This document shows, piece by piece, positions 39,701 to 50,445 of a stretch of 64,000 nucleotides of DNA. Position 1 is the first letter of the stretch; the number at the start of each line of letters is the position of its first letter. This DNA comes from Eledone cirrhosa (Eukaryota). The notes beneath the pieces are model-generated. The model saw nothing but the letters and a program-made list of their open reading frames with translations, was not told the DNA's origin and searched no databases. The stretch spans positions 7,068,001 through 7,132,000 of the forward strand of contig OZ024765.1 in assembly GCA_964016885.1 (NCBI GenBank), written 5' to 3'. The translations under genes and the position numbers were made by a program.

Positions 39701-42700
39701 CCTATTCAGCACAGCATCTCTCCATTTGTCACGGTCCCTCGTCATCTCCACCGTGAGCTTCAGCGATCTGAGGTCTGCTCTCACAACCTCCGCCCATGTT
39801 TTTCGTGGCCTACCTTTACCACGTCTTCCTTCAACTGGCATTTCTTGGCACTTCTTCACCCATCGGTCATCCTCCATGTGCATCACATGTCCATACCACT
39901 CTCAGTCTCCTCTCCCGTACACTACATTCTATCCCTCTCACACAGTTTCTCTCTCAACACATCACATGTCCATACCACCTCAGTCTCCTCTCCCGTACAC
40001 TACATTCTATCCCTCTCAGACACAGTTTCTCTCTCAACACATCACATGTCCATACCACCTCAGTCTCCTCTCCCGTACACTACATTCTATCCCTCTCAGA
40101 CACAGTTTCTCTCTCAACACATCACATGTCCATACCACCGCAGTCTCCTCTCCCGTACACTACATTCTATCCCTCTCAGACACAGTTTCTCTCTCAACAC
40201 ATCACATGTCCATACCACCTCAGTCTCCTCTCCCGTACACTACATTCTATCCCTCTCAGACACAGTTTCTCTCTCAACACATCCATGTTGGGTCGTTCAC
40301 ACACATTTACACTGCACATCCAACGGAGCATGCTTGCCTCATTTCTCTCCAGCTGCCGCGTATCCTCTGCAGTTGCTGCCCATGTCTCACTACCATGCAG
40401 CATCACGCTCAAGGTCAGCAATTTGGGGAGAGGGGCAAGTTGATTAAATCAACCCCAGTGCATTACTGGTACTTTATTTTATCGACCCCCGTAAGGATGA
40501 AAGGCAAAGCTAACCTCGGCGGGATTTGAACTCAGAATGTAAGAGGCCACTAAGCATGGTGTCCAACGCTCTACCAATTCTGCCAATCCACCGCCCTAAT
40601 AATAATGGTTTCTTATACAGGCGCAAGGTCAGCAATTCGGGAGGAGGGGAAAGTCGATTAAATCGCCCCCAGTGCGTGACTGGTACTTTATTTTATTGAC
40701 CCCATAAGGATGAAAGGCAAAGCTAACCATAGCGGGATTTGAACCCAGAAAGTAAATGACTATAACTCTATGCTGCAAAGCATGGTGTCTGACGCTCTAC
40801 CGATTCTGCTGACTGTGAATAAAGACTACTACCTTGAAAGGGTGAAATTGTGAAGTTGTTAGAGAAAAGTGGATGTATGCTGTGTACAAGAGGTGAGATG
40901 GAGGGGTGCGTCAGTGAGACTAGTCACAGGCAAACTTTACTGGGCAGGAAATGATGATGAGGTAAGAGGTGTACATGTAGTTAGAGTGACAGAATTATCA
41001 GGCTGAACATAGCTGTAGGAAATAAAATGGTGACAATTATATCAACCTATGCTCCAGAGGCAGGACTAAGTAAAGAACAAAAAGACAGGTTCTATGAGGA
41101 ACTTTTACAGATAACTTTAAGTATTGATGACTTCATCATCTTGGCAGGTGACTTCAATGGATGTGTGGGACAGTACCAGGAAGGATTTAGGGGAGTTCAT
41201 GGTGGCTATGGATATGGGAAGTGAGGCACCTGGAATTCTGTGATACAAATGAACTAACCTTTGCAACACAAATTTCAGGAAACCATCTAGCAATCTGATC
41301 ACATATCTATCTGGCAAATACACAAGCCAGATAGACTTCTTACTTGTAAGACATAATAGAAAGACTGTAATAAATACTAAGGCCTTCTCTTGGGAAGAAT
41401 GCCCCACCCACCACAAGTTAGTTATTAGTGACATCAGAATAAACATAAGACAGAACAAGACATGCAGGAAAACATGGAGATGGAGGGTTTGGAAGCTAAA
41501 GGACCTTTCGGTTAAATATAGGCTTAGATAGGCCCTATGGGATGCATTATCATAAACAACAACGTAAAATGAAACATCTTGCTCAAGACCACAATGTACT
41601 ACCTGGTTGAGGGAGGATCAAACACACAACCTTATAATATAATCGTGATGAGAACAACACGGGGACCAGTAAGCCATCAGCCAACTTACCTCCACGTATT
41701 CATGGTGTCGTTGTTCCAAGGTCTGTAGTTTCTTATCGACATAAGCCACAAGGGAAGTTCCGCAGAGAATCCCATCAATGTTGCCAACACTTTTTGCTGT
41801 GATGCTGTAACACTCTTCATCCTGGAAAGTACACTTTTTAATAGATATAAGGAACTCTCCAAGGTCTCCATCATTAGAGGTAGTAATGAGGCTGTCATCA
41901 AACGCCAGCTGCTCCAAATCTGTCTCTTCTGAAATTATTAAACAAAGCATTTTCTTTTTTCTTTTTGTTTTGTATTTTTATTATTTTATTAACTTCCTTT
42001 CATTTTCATATAAAAAGCCATGATAAAAAGCACCCAGTCCACCCTGTAAAGTGTGTCGTACTGGGGACATGATGAAAAAAGAACCCAGTCCACCCTGTAA
42101 AGTGTGTCGTACTGGGGGCATGATAAAAAGCACCCAGTCCACCCTGTAAAGTGTGTCGTACTGGGGACATGATAAAAAGCACCCAGTTCACCCTGTAAAG
42201 TGTGTCGTACTGGGGACATGATAAAAAGCACCCAGTCCACCCTGAAAAGTGTGTCGTACTGGGGACATGATGAAAAAAGAACCCAGTCCACCCTGTAAAG
42301 TGTGTCGTACTGGGGGCATGATAAAAAGCACCCAGTCCACCCTGTAAAGTGTGTCGTACTGGGGACATGATGAAAAAAGAACCCAGTCCACCCTGTAAAG
42401 TGTGTCGTACTGGGGGCATGATAAAAAGCACCCAGTCCACCCTGTAAAGTGTGTCGTACTGGGGACATGATAAAAAGCACCCAGTTCACCCTGTAAAGTG
42501 TGTCGTACTGGGGGCATGATAAAAAGCACCCAGTCCACCCTGTAAAGTGTGTCGTACTGGGGACATGATAAAAAGCACCCAGTTCACCCTGTAAAGTGTG
42601 TCGTACTGGGGACATGATAAAAAGCACCCAGTCCACCCTGAAAAGTGTGACGTACTGGGGACATGATGAAAAGCATCCAGTCCACCCTGTAAAGTGTGTC

Positions 42701-45454
42701 GTACTGGGGACATGATGAAAAAAGAACCCAGTCCACCCTGTAAAGTGTGTCGTACTGGGGGCATGATAAAAAGCACCCAGTCCACCCTGTAAAGTGTGTC
42801 GTACTGGGGACATGATTAAAAGTACCCAGTCAACACTATAAAGTGATCGTGTTGGTGTAACAATAAGAAGCATCCAGTCCAGACTGTAAAGTGGTGGTCG
42901 TTTTGGAGACATGATAAAAAGTATCCAGTCTACACTGTAAATTGTTTGTGTTAGTGCCCTGACAAAAAGCACCCAGTCAACACTATAAGGTGGTCGTGTT
43001 GTGCCATGACAAAAAGCACCCAGTCAACACTATAAGGTGGTTGTGTTGGTGCCATGACAAAAAGCTTTCAGTCCACACTGTGAAGTGGTCGTGCTGGTGA
43101 CACGATAAAAACCATCCAATCCACACTGTAAAGTCATGTTGGTGAAATGACAAAAAACACCCAGTCAACACTGTCAAGTGGTGTTTTGGTGTCATGATAA
43201 AGAGTGCTCAGTCCACCATGTAAAATGGTAATTTTGGTTCCATGACAAAAACCAGTCAATCCAACAATATAGGAATAAGGTGTGACCAATGTAAACTAAG
43301 TAGATACAAACCCATGCAAGCGTGGAAGATGGACGTTAAACGATGATGATGATGATGATGATGATGATAAGACAGGAATATAGGAATATGGCGTCTTCTT
43401 CTTCACCAACTTTTTCCTGAGATCCCCAAGTGTGACCAGCCAAGCTCATGGGTGTTCTCCAACCATCTCTCAATTATTCGATAAAAGCAGCTAACTGACA
43501 GCTAATTAGCAGAATCATTAGTACATCAGATAGAATGCTTTGCAGTATTCATTCCAGCTCTCTGTCTCTGAGTCCAAACCCCATTGAGGTCAACTTTACC
43601 TTTCATCCATTTAACATTTTAGCATTTAAACCGGCCATATCCAGCCAGAATTCTCTCACCTCTTTCTCTTTAAACTAGCCTTAACCAGTAGTACATACTG
43701 ATATTAAGGTATTTTTCCTCAAAATAAATAATATCAAAATCTCACAGATTCAATATTATGTGAGATAATTGTGTGAGGTAAAGCCTTTACCGTGAAAATA
43801 CAATAGTAAATACGAGGGCAATCCCAAAAGTAAGGTCTCCTTCCGATATTGCAACTTTTCTGTTAAAATCCTGTGGATGGTGCTTCGGGAAACCCCAGGA
43901 ACCAAAATGCAGAGAGCATCCAGAGTGATCCGCCGATCTTTACGCATGTTTTCCTCAGAAGGAGACCTTATTTTTGGGATTGCCCTCGTATATAATAACT
44001 GCGCGAAATTCACACTTGGCGGTAGCGTTCAACGGGAGCTCCATTCTCAACGGCTGCCAAGCCAAGATTGAGCATCCCAGCGAAGCGCGCGCATGCTTCT
44101 TTGGGAGTGAAGGAAGCCCCAATCACAACAGTGTTGCCAACAGCCGTACGAACAGTTTCTCTGCATCCCCATCGCTTTGGAGACCTTACTTTTGGGATTA
44201 CCCTCATATAAAGTAATGTAAATGCTAAAGGGTTAAGGTCAATATTACTGGGATCAATGCTCCCTCTATATCTCTTTCTCACTTCCTCTCTCTCACTCTG
44301 GAAGAAATCTGCTGTATTCAGACCTGGAGAGAGATGGACTCCACCAGGTTTTTTAAATGCTTAAGAATCACTGTATGTGAAGGCGCATGGCTTAGTGGTT
44401 AGAGCATTGGGCTTGCAATCAAAACTTTGTGGAGTTCAATTCTCGGACAGGGTGATGTGTTGTGCCTTTGAGCAAGACACTTTATTTCACATTGCTCCAG
44501 TTTACTCAGCTGTAGAAATGAGATAAGACTGGGGTCCCTATCATTAAATTACCCAAGACACCTCCAACGAGATATACCTTGGAGGAGGCCAGCTAAACCT
44601 GCATAGGTGTGAGCTGTCACACACACACACACACATAGGTGTGAGCTGTCACACACACACACACACACAGTGGTGCTACTTCGACTCCCTCAAGAGAAAT
44701 CTGCTGTATTCAAGCCTGGAGAGCGATAAGCTAATGTCTCTTCATCAGGAGTTACAGGACCATATTTACAAAGGGATGGGCTCTGCTAGGTTTAAAATGC
44801 CCTAGACACGCTGTATGTCACAACAGTGCCACTATGACTCCATCAGGAGTTACAGGACTAAACCAGATAGACACAGACTATAAAGATATGGAAATAAACA
44901 TCATACTTACTAAGAGAGTGGAAGAATGCCACGGCATCTGGACTGGCTACTGGAATGTTCTCCATCTCCGGAATGATTGATACTGGTTCCACCATTAGCT
45001 CTGACCGGGAAAATAGTTTGTTCTTGTCCCTCTCCTGAACAACAGGCACCATCTCTTTGTCCTCTTCTAGAGAGTCATGAGTGTCCTCCCTCTCCACAGA
45101 CTCGGTGGCATCTCCATAATAATCCCAGCTTGTAGCATCATCATCCTTTAATTGCCAAATGGAGTTCTTCCCAAAAGAATTATGGCGAAAATCTGTGTCA
45201 GATTCCCTACCCTCTTCCTCAGCAGAGCTCCCAGTACCATCGTCATCCCCTAGGCTTTCTCCAACTTGCCTCTCACTAATGTCTTCTTCGACAGGCTTCT
45301 CTGCCATCCTGTCAACTGCAGCTTCATCTGTGGGGATATTTTCTGAATCCTCCTGCTGGTCCATATCAAATCTGACATTGCCAGATTTCGCATCTGTTGT
45401 GTTATTGACCTCTTCTTTTTCTCTTTCCTGGTTTTCCAAGTTTACATTAGACAT
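22951..45454 (-). CDS. CATIP: Ciliogenesis-associated TTC17-interacting protein orthologue (spliced, 9 coding exons, ~520 aa)
   Basis: Exons 45454-44911, 41928-41690, 39426-39340, 37019-36959, 34029-33923, 32480-32356, 27312-27230, 25209-25124, 23181-22951. All GT-AG, phases compatible, total 1563 nt. Motifs ASPDAVAFFHSL, CGTSLVAYV..LQTLEQ, GHLLSRIQIGS, PIFKKQPL..DMEMKSKFIDKK and LLADFLQFLLLRKPDDVVQFAAEYF match CATIP/C2orf62 as I recall it. Confidence 0.9.
23400..24200. mobile_element. TA-flanked hairpin-rich short element family (inverted pair plus third copy)
   Basis: GACCCCGACGGC..GAGCTC..GTTTCGACAGCTA and TTACCCACTCTACTACCCTAAGTATTGAGTACTC modules; more copies at ~48900-49170 and ~49370-49580. 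Confidence 0.75.
24378..24928. repeat. Palindrome with 267-bp arms and 17-bp spacer, abutting (TA)n
   Basis: The ORF track gives identical 64-aa translations on both strands (24406..24600- and 24706..24900+); arms 24378-24644 and 24662-24928. Confidence 0.97.
24762..24851 (+). ncRNA. Type I hammerhead ribozyme, U3-A8 core variant (mirror copy on - at 24455-24544)
   Basis: TCCTC-TTGATAA-GT(C)GGCA...TGCCAC-GAAAC-TACGTA-GTC-GAGGA; GUC cleavage triplet ends at 24846; palindromic stem III. Confidence 0.75.
25124..25209 (-). CDS. CATIP: CATIP coding exon 8
   Basis: TTCCAAAG|..REKKPIFKKQPLDVDTDMEMKSKFIDKK|GTCAGT. Confidence 0.88.
25340..26130 (-). mobile_element. Tx1/L1-like LINE 3' fragment
   Basis: DNFQRCLAWQCYREAVPVQDKIYR..LHAIVQC is homologous to 54651-55900; a further piece lies at ~26860-27180. 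Confidence 0.75.
26140..26540. repeat. (GGT/GTT)n simple repeat
   Basis: Direct inspection. Confidence 0.95.
27230..27312 (-). CDS. CATIP: CATIP coding exon 7
   Basis: TTGCAG|A-HLLSRIQIGSHVRMRATELPIHILPPL-G|GTGAGT. Confidence 0.88.
27395..28200. repeat. Nested inverted-repeat element flanked by TA/GA microsatellites
   Basis: ~27395-27583 is inverted at ~27647-27822; ~27440-27645 is inverted again at ~28005-28200; an HHR-like motif lies at 27954-27996. Confidence 0.85.
29648..31065. mobile_element. TA-flanked element with ~200-bp inverted termini and an internal palindrome
   Basis: ~29648-29856 is inverted at ~30901-31065; internal palindrome ~30057-30292; two SINEs inserted at ~30290-30680; related terminal sequence at ~59900-60040. 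Confidence 0.8.
31965..32330. repeat. 96-bp tandem repeat (~3.5 copies)
   Basis: CTAGGTCACTAGATTAAGG at 31972, 32068 and 32164. Confidence 0.92.
32356..32480 (-). CDS. CATIP: CATIP coding exon 6
   Basis: TTTGCAG|KSLGEKKMVINNEDINTISLQRTIFSKIDSPISWNYQFIED-GG|GTAAAG. Confidence 0.88.
33380..33730 (-). pseudogene. RTE LINE RT fragment
   Basis: LDEMQFGFVPG.., VGVHQGSVLSPLL, FKTGCPWELL..ADDL. Confidence 0.75.
33923..34029 (-). CDS. CATIP: CATIP coding exon 5
   Basis: TTGCCAG|..SNTLLLRALVSKG...DSDGYLCNSDF|GTAAGT. Confidence 0.88.
34207..35160 (-). mobile_element. Degenerate mariner element
   Basis: MDTEQRTNLKLL.., RKICAKMLPKLL, RIITIDESWILEY; TIR remnants GTGTCAGGAAAG / CTTCCTGA. Confidence 0.8.
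35620..36010 (+). pseudogene. R4/Dong-like non-LTR fragment (CCHC + RLE)
   Basis: CRICG..SSCPVLA..RHDRV..HWKLCQHY..LLIDV..KLSKYKDL.IEIARMW remnants. Confidence 0.65.
36497..36830 (+). mobile_element. R4/Dong-like non-LTR 3' end inserted in (TAA)n
   Basis: EKEKINRYQDLKWE..VVIGALGTI..LQKACLLGTARTLRYVL; (TAA)n on both sides. Confidence 0.8.
36959..37019 (-). CDS. CATIP: CATIP coding exon 4
   Basis: CTCTTAG|ETYQIQKGWNVKDLPILILE-G|GTATTT. Confidence 0.8.
37137..37866. repeat. 102/107-bp tandem repeat (~7 copies)
   Basis: Repeating ORF starts at 37294, 37401 and 37508. Confidence 0.95.
38220..39330. repeat. (GGT/GAT)n trinucleotide repeat
   Basis: Direct inspection; ends ~10 nt from the CATIP exon 3 donor. 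Confidence 0.95.
39340..39426 (-). CDS. CATIP: CATIP coding exon 3
   Basis: TTGTAG|LKPYPLDRKTLITRKNGMYVFIKTVTEGQ|GTAAGC. Confidence 0.88.
39635..40410 (-). mobile_element. RTE LINE 3' end with (GAT)n tail and internal 80-bp tandem amplification
   Basis: MLHGSETWA..MLRWMCSV..RLRWYGHV..GRRGKGRPRKTW; unit recurs at 39971, 40051, 40131 and 40211. Confidence 0.88.
40810..41520 (+). pseudogene. RTE LINE AP-endonuclease fragment
   Basis: VCCVQEVRW, IISTYAP, ILAGDFNG, SQIDFLL, HHKLVISD. Confidence 0.82.
41690..41928 (-). CDS. CATIP: CATIP coding exon 2
   Basis: TTTCAG|..ETDLEQLAF...RHHEYVE|GTAAGT. Confidence 0.9.
42018..43250. repeat. 56-59-bp minisatellite derived from a SINE-internal motif
   Basis: AAAAAGCACCCAGTCCACCCTGTAAAGTGTGTCGTACTGGGGACATGAT x~14, decaying distally; related unit at ~33100-33370 and ~29430-29540. 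Confidence 0.92.
43612..44236. mobile_element. TTAA (piggyBac-type) MITE carrying a nested mariner-derived element with three TIR copies
   Basis: TTAA..TTTAGCATT / AATGCTAAAGGGTTAA; inner TA|CGAGGGCAATCCCAAAAGTAAGGTCTCC at 43811 with reverse TIRs ending ~43990 and ~44207; mariner HTH remnant DRRITLDAL..VSRSTIHRIL. Confidence 0.8.
44911..45454 (-). CDS. CATIP: CATIP coding exon 1 (acidic N-terminus)
   Basis: ATG at 45454; acceptor TTCCTGTTCCAG just upstream (~45471); donor GTAAGT after HSL-A (phase 1). Confidence 0.85.
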
Positions 45455-45497
45455 GGTTCTACAGAGAAATCTGGAACAGGAACAAAGAAAATGTTAA

Positions 45498-45717
45498 CCC
45501 TTTAGCATTAAAACCGGCCATAACCGGCCAGAATTTTCTTACCTCTTTCTGTTCAAACTGGCTGTAATTAGCCACTTGTACTGTTGTAAAGGTATTGTTC
45601 TCAAAATACATAATATCAAAATCTCATAGATTCGATATTAAATAAAGTATTATGCGAGGTAAAGACTTTACCGTGAAAATATACTAGTATATATAGAATA
45701 ACGTAAATGCTAAAGGG
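45498..45717. mobile_element. piggyBac-type MITE
   Basis: TTAA|CCCTTTAGCATT...AATGCTAAAGGG|TTAA; other copies at 56237-56447 and ~31531-31825. Confidence 0.88.
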
Positions 45718-46381
45718 TTAAACACTAAGCAACACAACATCCAGTCCAAACTAATGAGGTCGTGTAGATGTCACAACAAAAAAACACACATTCCACGCTG
45801 TAATGTGGCCGTGTAGGTAACACGATAAAAAGCTCCCAGTCCACACTGTAAATGTTGTTGGTGTTAGGAAGGGCATCCAGCCGTAGAAAACCTGCCAGAC
45901 AGTCCTATATGAGTGAGACACGGTCACCCAACCAATCTTGCCTCAAGTGTGACAACTCCCGTCTAACCCATGCTAGTGTGGAAGATAGACGCTAAACGAT
46001 GATGATGATGATGATAAATATATACATAGTTATATATATATATATATGCATATATATACATATTAATCATAACAGAGGCACCTATATTGTTGATGGTTGG
46101 ATATAGTAGGGTCAGCTGAAAAGTTCATGGGCTGACTATGAAAGACAGATGCTAGAGCTGTGATATCTTGCATGATTAATTTCAGTCTTCTTAATAAATG
46201 CATTGTTTCTTTCCAGGGACTATGTTGAAAAATAAACCTCATTTGGTCATTTCATGAGAGTATCTTGGTCAGACCATGAACATTTTAGCCAACCCTTATA
46301 ATAAATGGTATGAATTCCAGTAATAGTGCCCCGTCCCCACCCCTCAAAAAATTAATAATAAGGAAAATATAATAAACTCAC

Positions 46382-46424
<43 letters not shown>

Positions 46425-47041
46425 AATATATATATATATATATCGTGGCTGCCAACTCGTTTTCGAGTACGGCCACTACTTTATATCCATGTAGGAGAAC
46501 CCCTACCGATGCGCTGAACGAGTGTGACTTTTTAGTCCAGCCAGCGACTTGAAAACTCTGGTACAAACACTACACTTGTGACAATTACTGACACATAGTG
46601 CTGGGCCCATGGTACCATGTGACGACAAGTGCAGAGAGATCTCCAGATATAAAGCAATGCCTGTGCCGTGAAGCTTTCATAGAGAGCAAAGGCACTGCAC
46701 AAAGCCAGTCCCACTCTCTTAACCAAGATGATATTTACCAAAAAGAAGAACAAGTCAACATCATTGGATACCATCAGGGTTGCAGGTGTTATATCAGAGT
46801 TTTCCTTCTCCTAGAATTCTGCCTTGACAAAGGCTAAGGGGTCATCTCTCCCAGTGATTTTGGATGACCATTGACTCTTAAGAGCTCCTTTGCCCTTTGA
46901 CAGGTTTTGTTTTTAGTCCTGCAGGATGTCCAAAGTCACCCTCCTCACCAAGAAACCTTGGTGGGGTTGCCAGTTTAGTCGCCAACGACCCGACCATGAG
47001 ACAGGTTGTACTGGGATACATGTTACCAGTAGCACCAACTG

Positions 47042-47189
47042 GTATGTATGTATATATATATACACACATATATATATACATACATACATATATACACACA
47101 CATATATATATATATATATATACATATATACACACACATATATATATATATATATACATATATATACGTACATATATATATATATATAT

Positions 47190-47275
<86 letters not shown>

Positions 47276-47760
47276 ATACATACATACATATATATATATA
47301 CATATATACAGATATATATATATACATATATACACATATATATATATATACATATATACACATATATATATATATACATATATACACATATATATATATA
47401 TACATATATACAGATATATATATATACATATATACACATATATATATATATACATACATACATACATACATATATACACATATATATATATATATACATA
47501 CATATATATACACACATATATATACACACATACATACATATATATACACACATACATATATACACATACATATATATACACACATACATATATATACATA
47601 TACATACATACATATATATATACACATATATATATACATATATATATACACAATATATACACATATATATATATACATACATATATATACACATACATAT
47701 ATATATACACACATACATATATACATATACACACATACATATATATACACACAACACATA

Positions 47761-47792
<32 letters not shown>

Positions 47793-47915
47793 AATATACA
47801 TACATACATATATACATATATACATATACATACATATATACATACATATATACACACATACATACATATATACATACATACATATATACATACACACACA
47901 CACACACACATATAT
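47042..47915. repeat. (TA/CA)n compound microsatellite
   Basis: Direct inspection. Confidence 0.97.
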
Positions 47916-48004
47916 ATTATTTCAATTCCACACGATGTTTGACTTGCTTGCTTTTAATTTCCCCTCTGGTATATTTTAGCAGTGGGTCTTAGTTAACGTG
48001 TTGA

Positions 48005-48085
48005 GCACTACTGAGGAACGACTCCAACCGTGACTAACCCCGCTGAAAAGTTTCGTGAAATAGTCTTTTTAAGGCTATATAGTGC
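48005..48085 (+). ncRNA. Type I hammerhead ribozyme with canonical core
   Basis: GCACTA-CTGAGGA-ACGA...TCGT-GAA-ATAGTCTT/TTT/AAGGCTAT-A-TAGTGC; three stems pair; AUA cleavage triplet ends at 48079. Confidence 0.75.
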
Positions 48086-49247
48086 ATTTGTAGATTTTCC
48101 CAAATTGACGGATAACTATCTCATCTTGATTTTATTTTGAGTTAAGATTCTATTAGTTTTTTCCCCTGATTACACAAAGTCTGAGGATAAAATTTTTCTC
48201 TTTGACTTGTTTCGAATTAAGATTCATTTATTTCCCCATATCTTACGTTAAATATTTTTCATCTTGACGTTATTGTCACTTATATGTCTGAATTACTGTT
48301 GGCTTCTTGCTTACATTAATTTCTCTATTTTCATTTATATATATCATCATCATCATCATCATCGTTAAACGTCCATCTTCCATGCTTGCATGGGTTTGGA
48401 CGGGAGTTTTCCCACTTGAGGCAAGAGTGGTTGTCTTGCTCGCATAGGACTGTCTGGCGGGTTTTCTACGGCTGGATGCCCTTCCTAACACCAACCACAT
48501 TTACAGTTTGGAACTGGGAGGTTTTTACCGTGTTACCTACACGGCCACATTACAGCGTGGACTGTGTGTTTTTTTGTCGTGACACCTACACGGCCTCATT
48601 TGTTTCGGACTGGATGTTGTGGTACCAACATAACTTTACATTGAAAGGGGTGGTGTGGATGGGGTGGGGGTAGTGGGACGGGGGTGTATTTTTGTTATAT
48701 ATATATACATATATATATACACATATATATATACATACATACATATATATATATACATATATATACATACATATATATATATACACATATATACATACAC
48801 ATATATACATACATATATATATACACACACACATATATATATACATACACACACATATATATATACATACACACACACACACACATATAAATATATATAT
48901 CAGGATGGATTCAGTTAGAAACTGGTCAGAACATTACTCACCAGAGTACTCAATACTTGGGGTAGCTGAGTATGGTTATAGAACGAGTCAGGACCCCAAC
49001 GGCAAGAGCTCAGCTGTCGGGGTCCTGACTCATTCATATAATCATATATATATATAACGAAGGAGGTGTGGTAAAGAACCAGATGGACCATAACGCACCA
49101 GAGTACTCAATACTTAGGGTAATAGCCGTCGAAACGGCTTGAGCTCTGCCATCGGGGTCAAACATTTTCCTATATATATATGTATACTGCCAATACTGGA
49201 ATTGAACCATCAAGACCGTTGAGGTATGTCATACATCAATTCATGTA

Positions 49248-49310
49248 TTTTATCTGATGAGGACATACTGAAAAAACAGCACAGTACCTTCGAAATATAT
49301 ATAATAAAAC
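49248..49310 (+). ncRNA. Minimal type I hammerhead-like motif
   Basis: TTTTAT-CTGATGA-GGACATACTG..CAGTACCTTC-GAAA-TATATA-TA-ATAAAA; same layout as 22252-22317. Confidence 0.6.
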
Positions 49311-49593
49311 ATATATTTTGATTATGTGAATGTCTTCATTTATTAATATTTTGAATAATATATATATATATAGGAACAAGTATGACCCCGATGGCAGAGC
49401 TCAAGCCGTTTTGACGGCTAATTCTGGACTAAAAACTTTTAGTCCAGAATTAGCCGTCGAAACGGCTTGAGCTCTGCCATTGGGGTCATACTTGTTCCTA
49501 TTACCCACTCTACTACCCTAAGTATTGAGTACTTTGGTGCGTTATGGTCCATCTGGTTCCTTACCACATTTCCTTCGTTATATATATGTATAT

Positions 49594-49627
<34 letters not shown>

Positions 49628-50445
49628 CACACATTAAACACAACAAAAGGCTTGACTGAAGATTTAGTTAAGAATTTTGATTATGACAATACACTATATA
49701 TATTTCAGGATACGACATCTACGATGGTTAATTTACATAAGGACAAATGCTTTAATTTATTGTATCATCATTTACTAACCAGAATTACCAGTTGGTATAC
49801 AACCTCACATAAATGGTATCATCATCATCATCTTCGTTTAATGTCCATCTTCCACACTACCATGGGTTAGACAGGAGTTGTGCCACTTGAGTCAAGGTTG
49901 GTCGGGTGACCGTGTCTCACTCATATAGGACTATCTGGCAGGTTTTCTACGGCTGGATGCCCTTCCTAAACCCAACCACATTTACAGTGTGGAACTGGGA
50001 ACTTTTTACCGTGTTACCTACACGGCCACATTACAGCGTGGACTGTGTTTTTTTTTGTCGTGACACCTACATGATCTCGATCTCATTTTCTCATGCTGTT
50101 GGTGGGAGTGGGAGGATAGGGTAGGGGTAGTAGATTGGGGTATATATATATATATAGTGAAACAAAGTCATTGGATAGGACCGAAATACCTTTGATCGCC
50201 TTCCCACTCACTATATATATATGTGTTTGTACATGTGTGTGCTTTCTCTGATTCAAGCAGGGTTTTTCTGGTTGGATGCCCTTCCCATCGCCAACCACTT
50301 TACAGCAAGGAGTGGGTGCATTATTTGTGCCACCAGAACTAGTGAGGTTGTCTTACTGGACTCAAGTATCCTCTTCATCCTGTATCAGTTCTTATTTAGG
50401 GTGTCTAGATTTATGACTGCAAACTCATGCTAAGAGTATATATTT

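Noticed and set aside
41989-42972. 327-aa repetitive ORF and CRISPR-like periodicity
   Set aside because: Minisatellite of near-identical units with no unique spacers and no cas genes, in eukaryotic context.
46878-47992. Six 290-340-aa Y/I/H/V/M/C-rich ORFs
   Set aside because: Translations of a (TA/CA)n microsatellite; the same applies to 21624-21953, 48586-49057 and 62494-63935.
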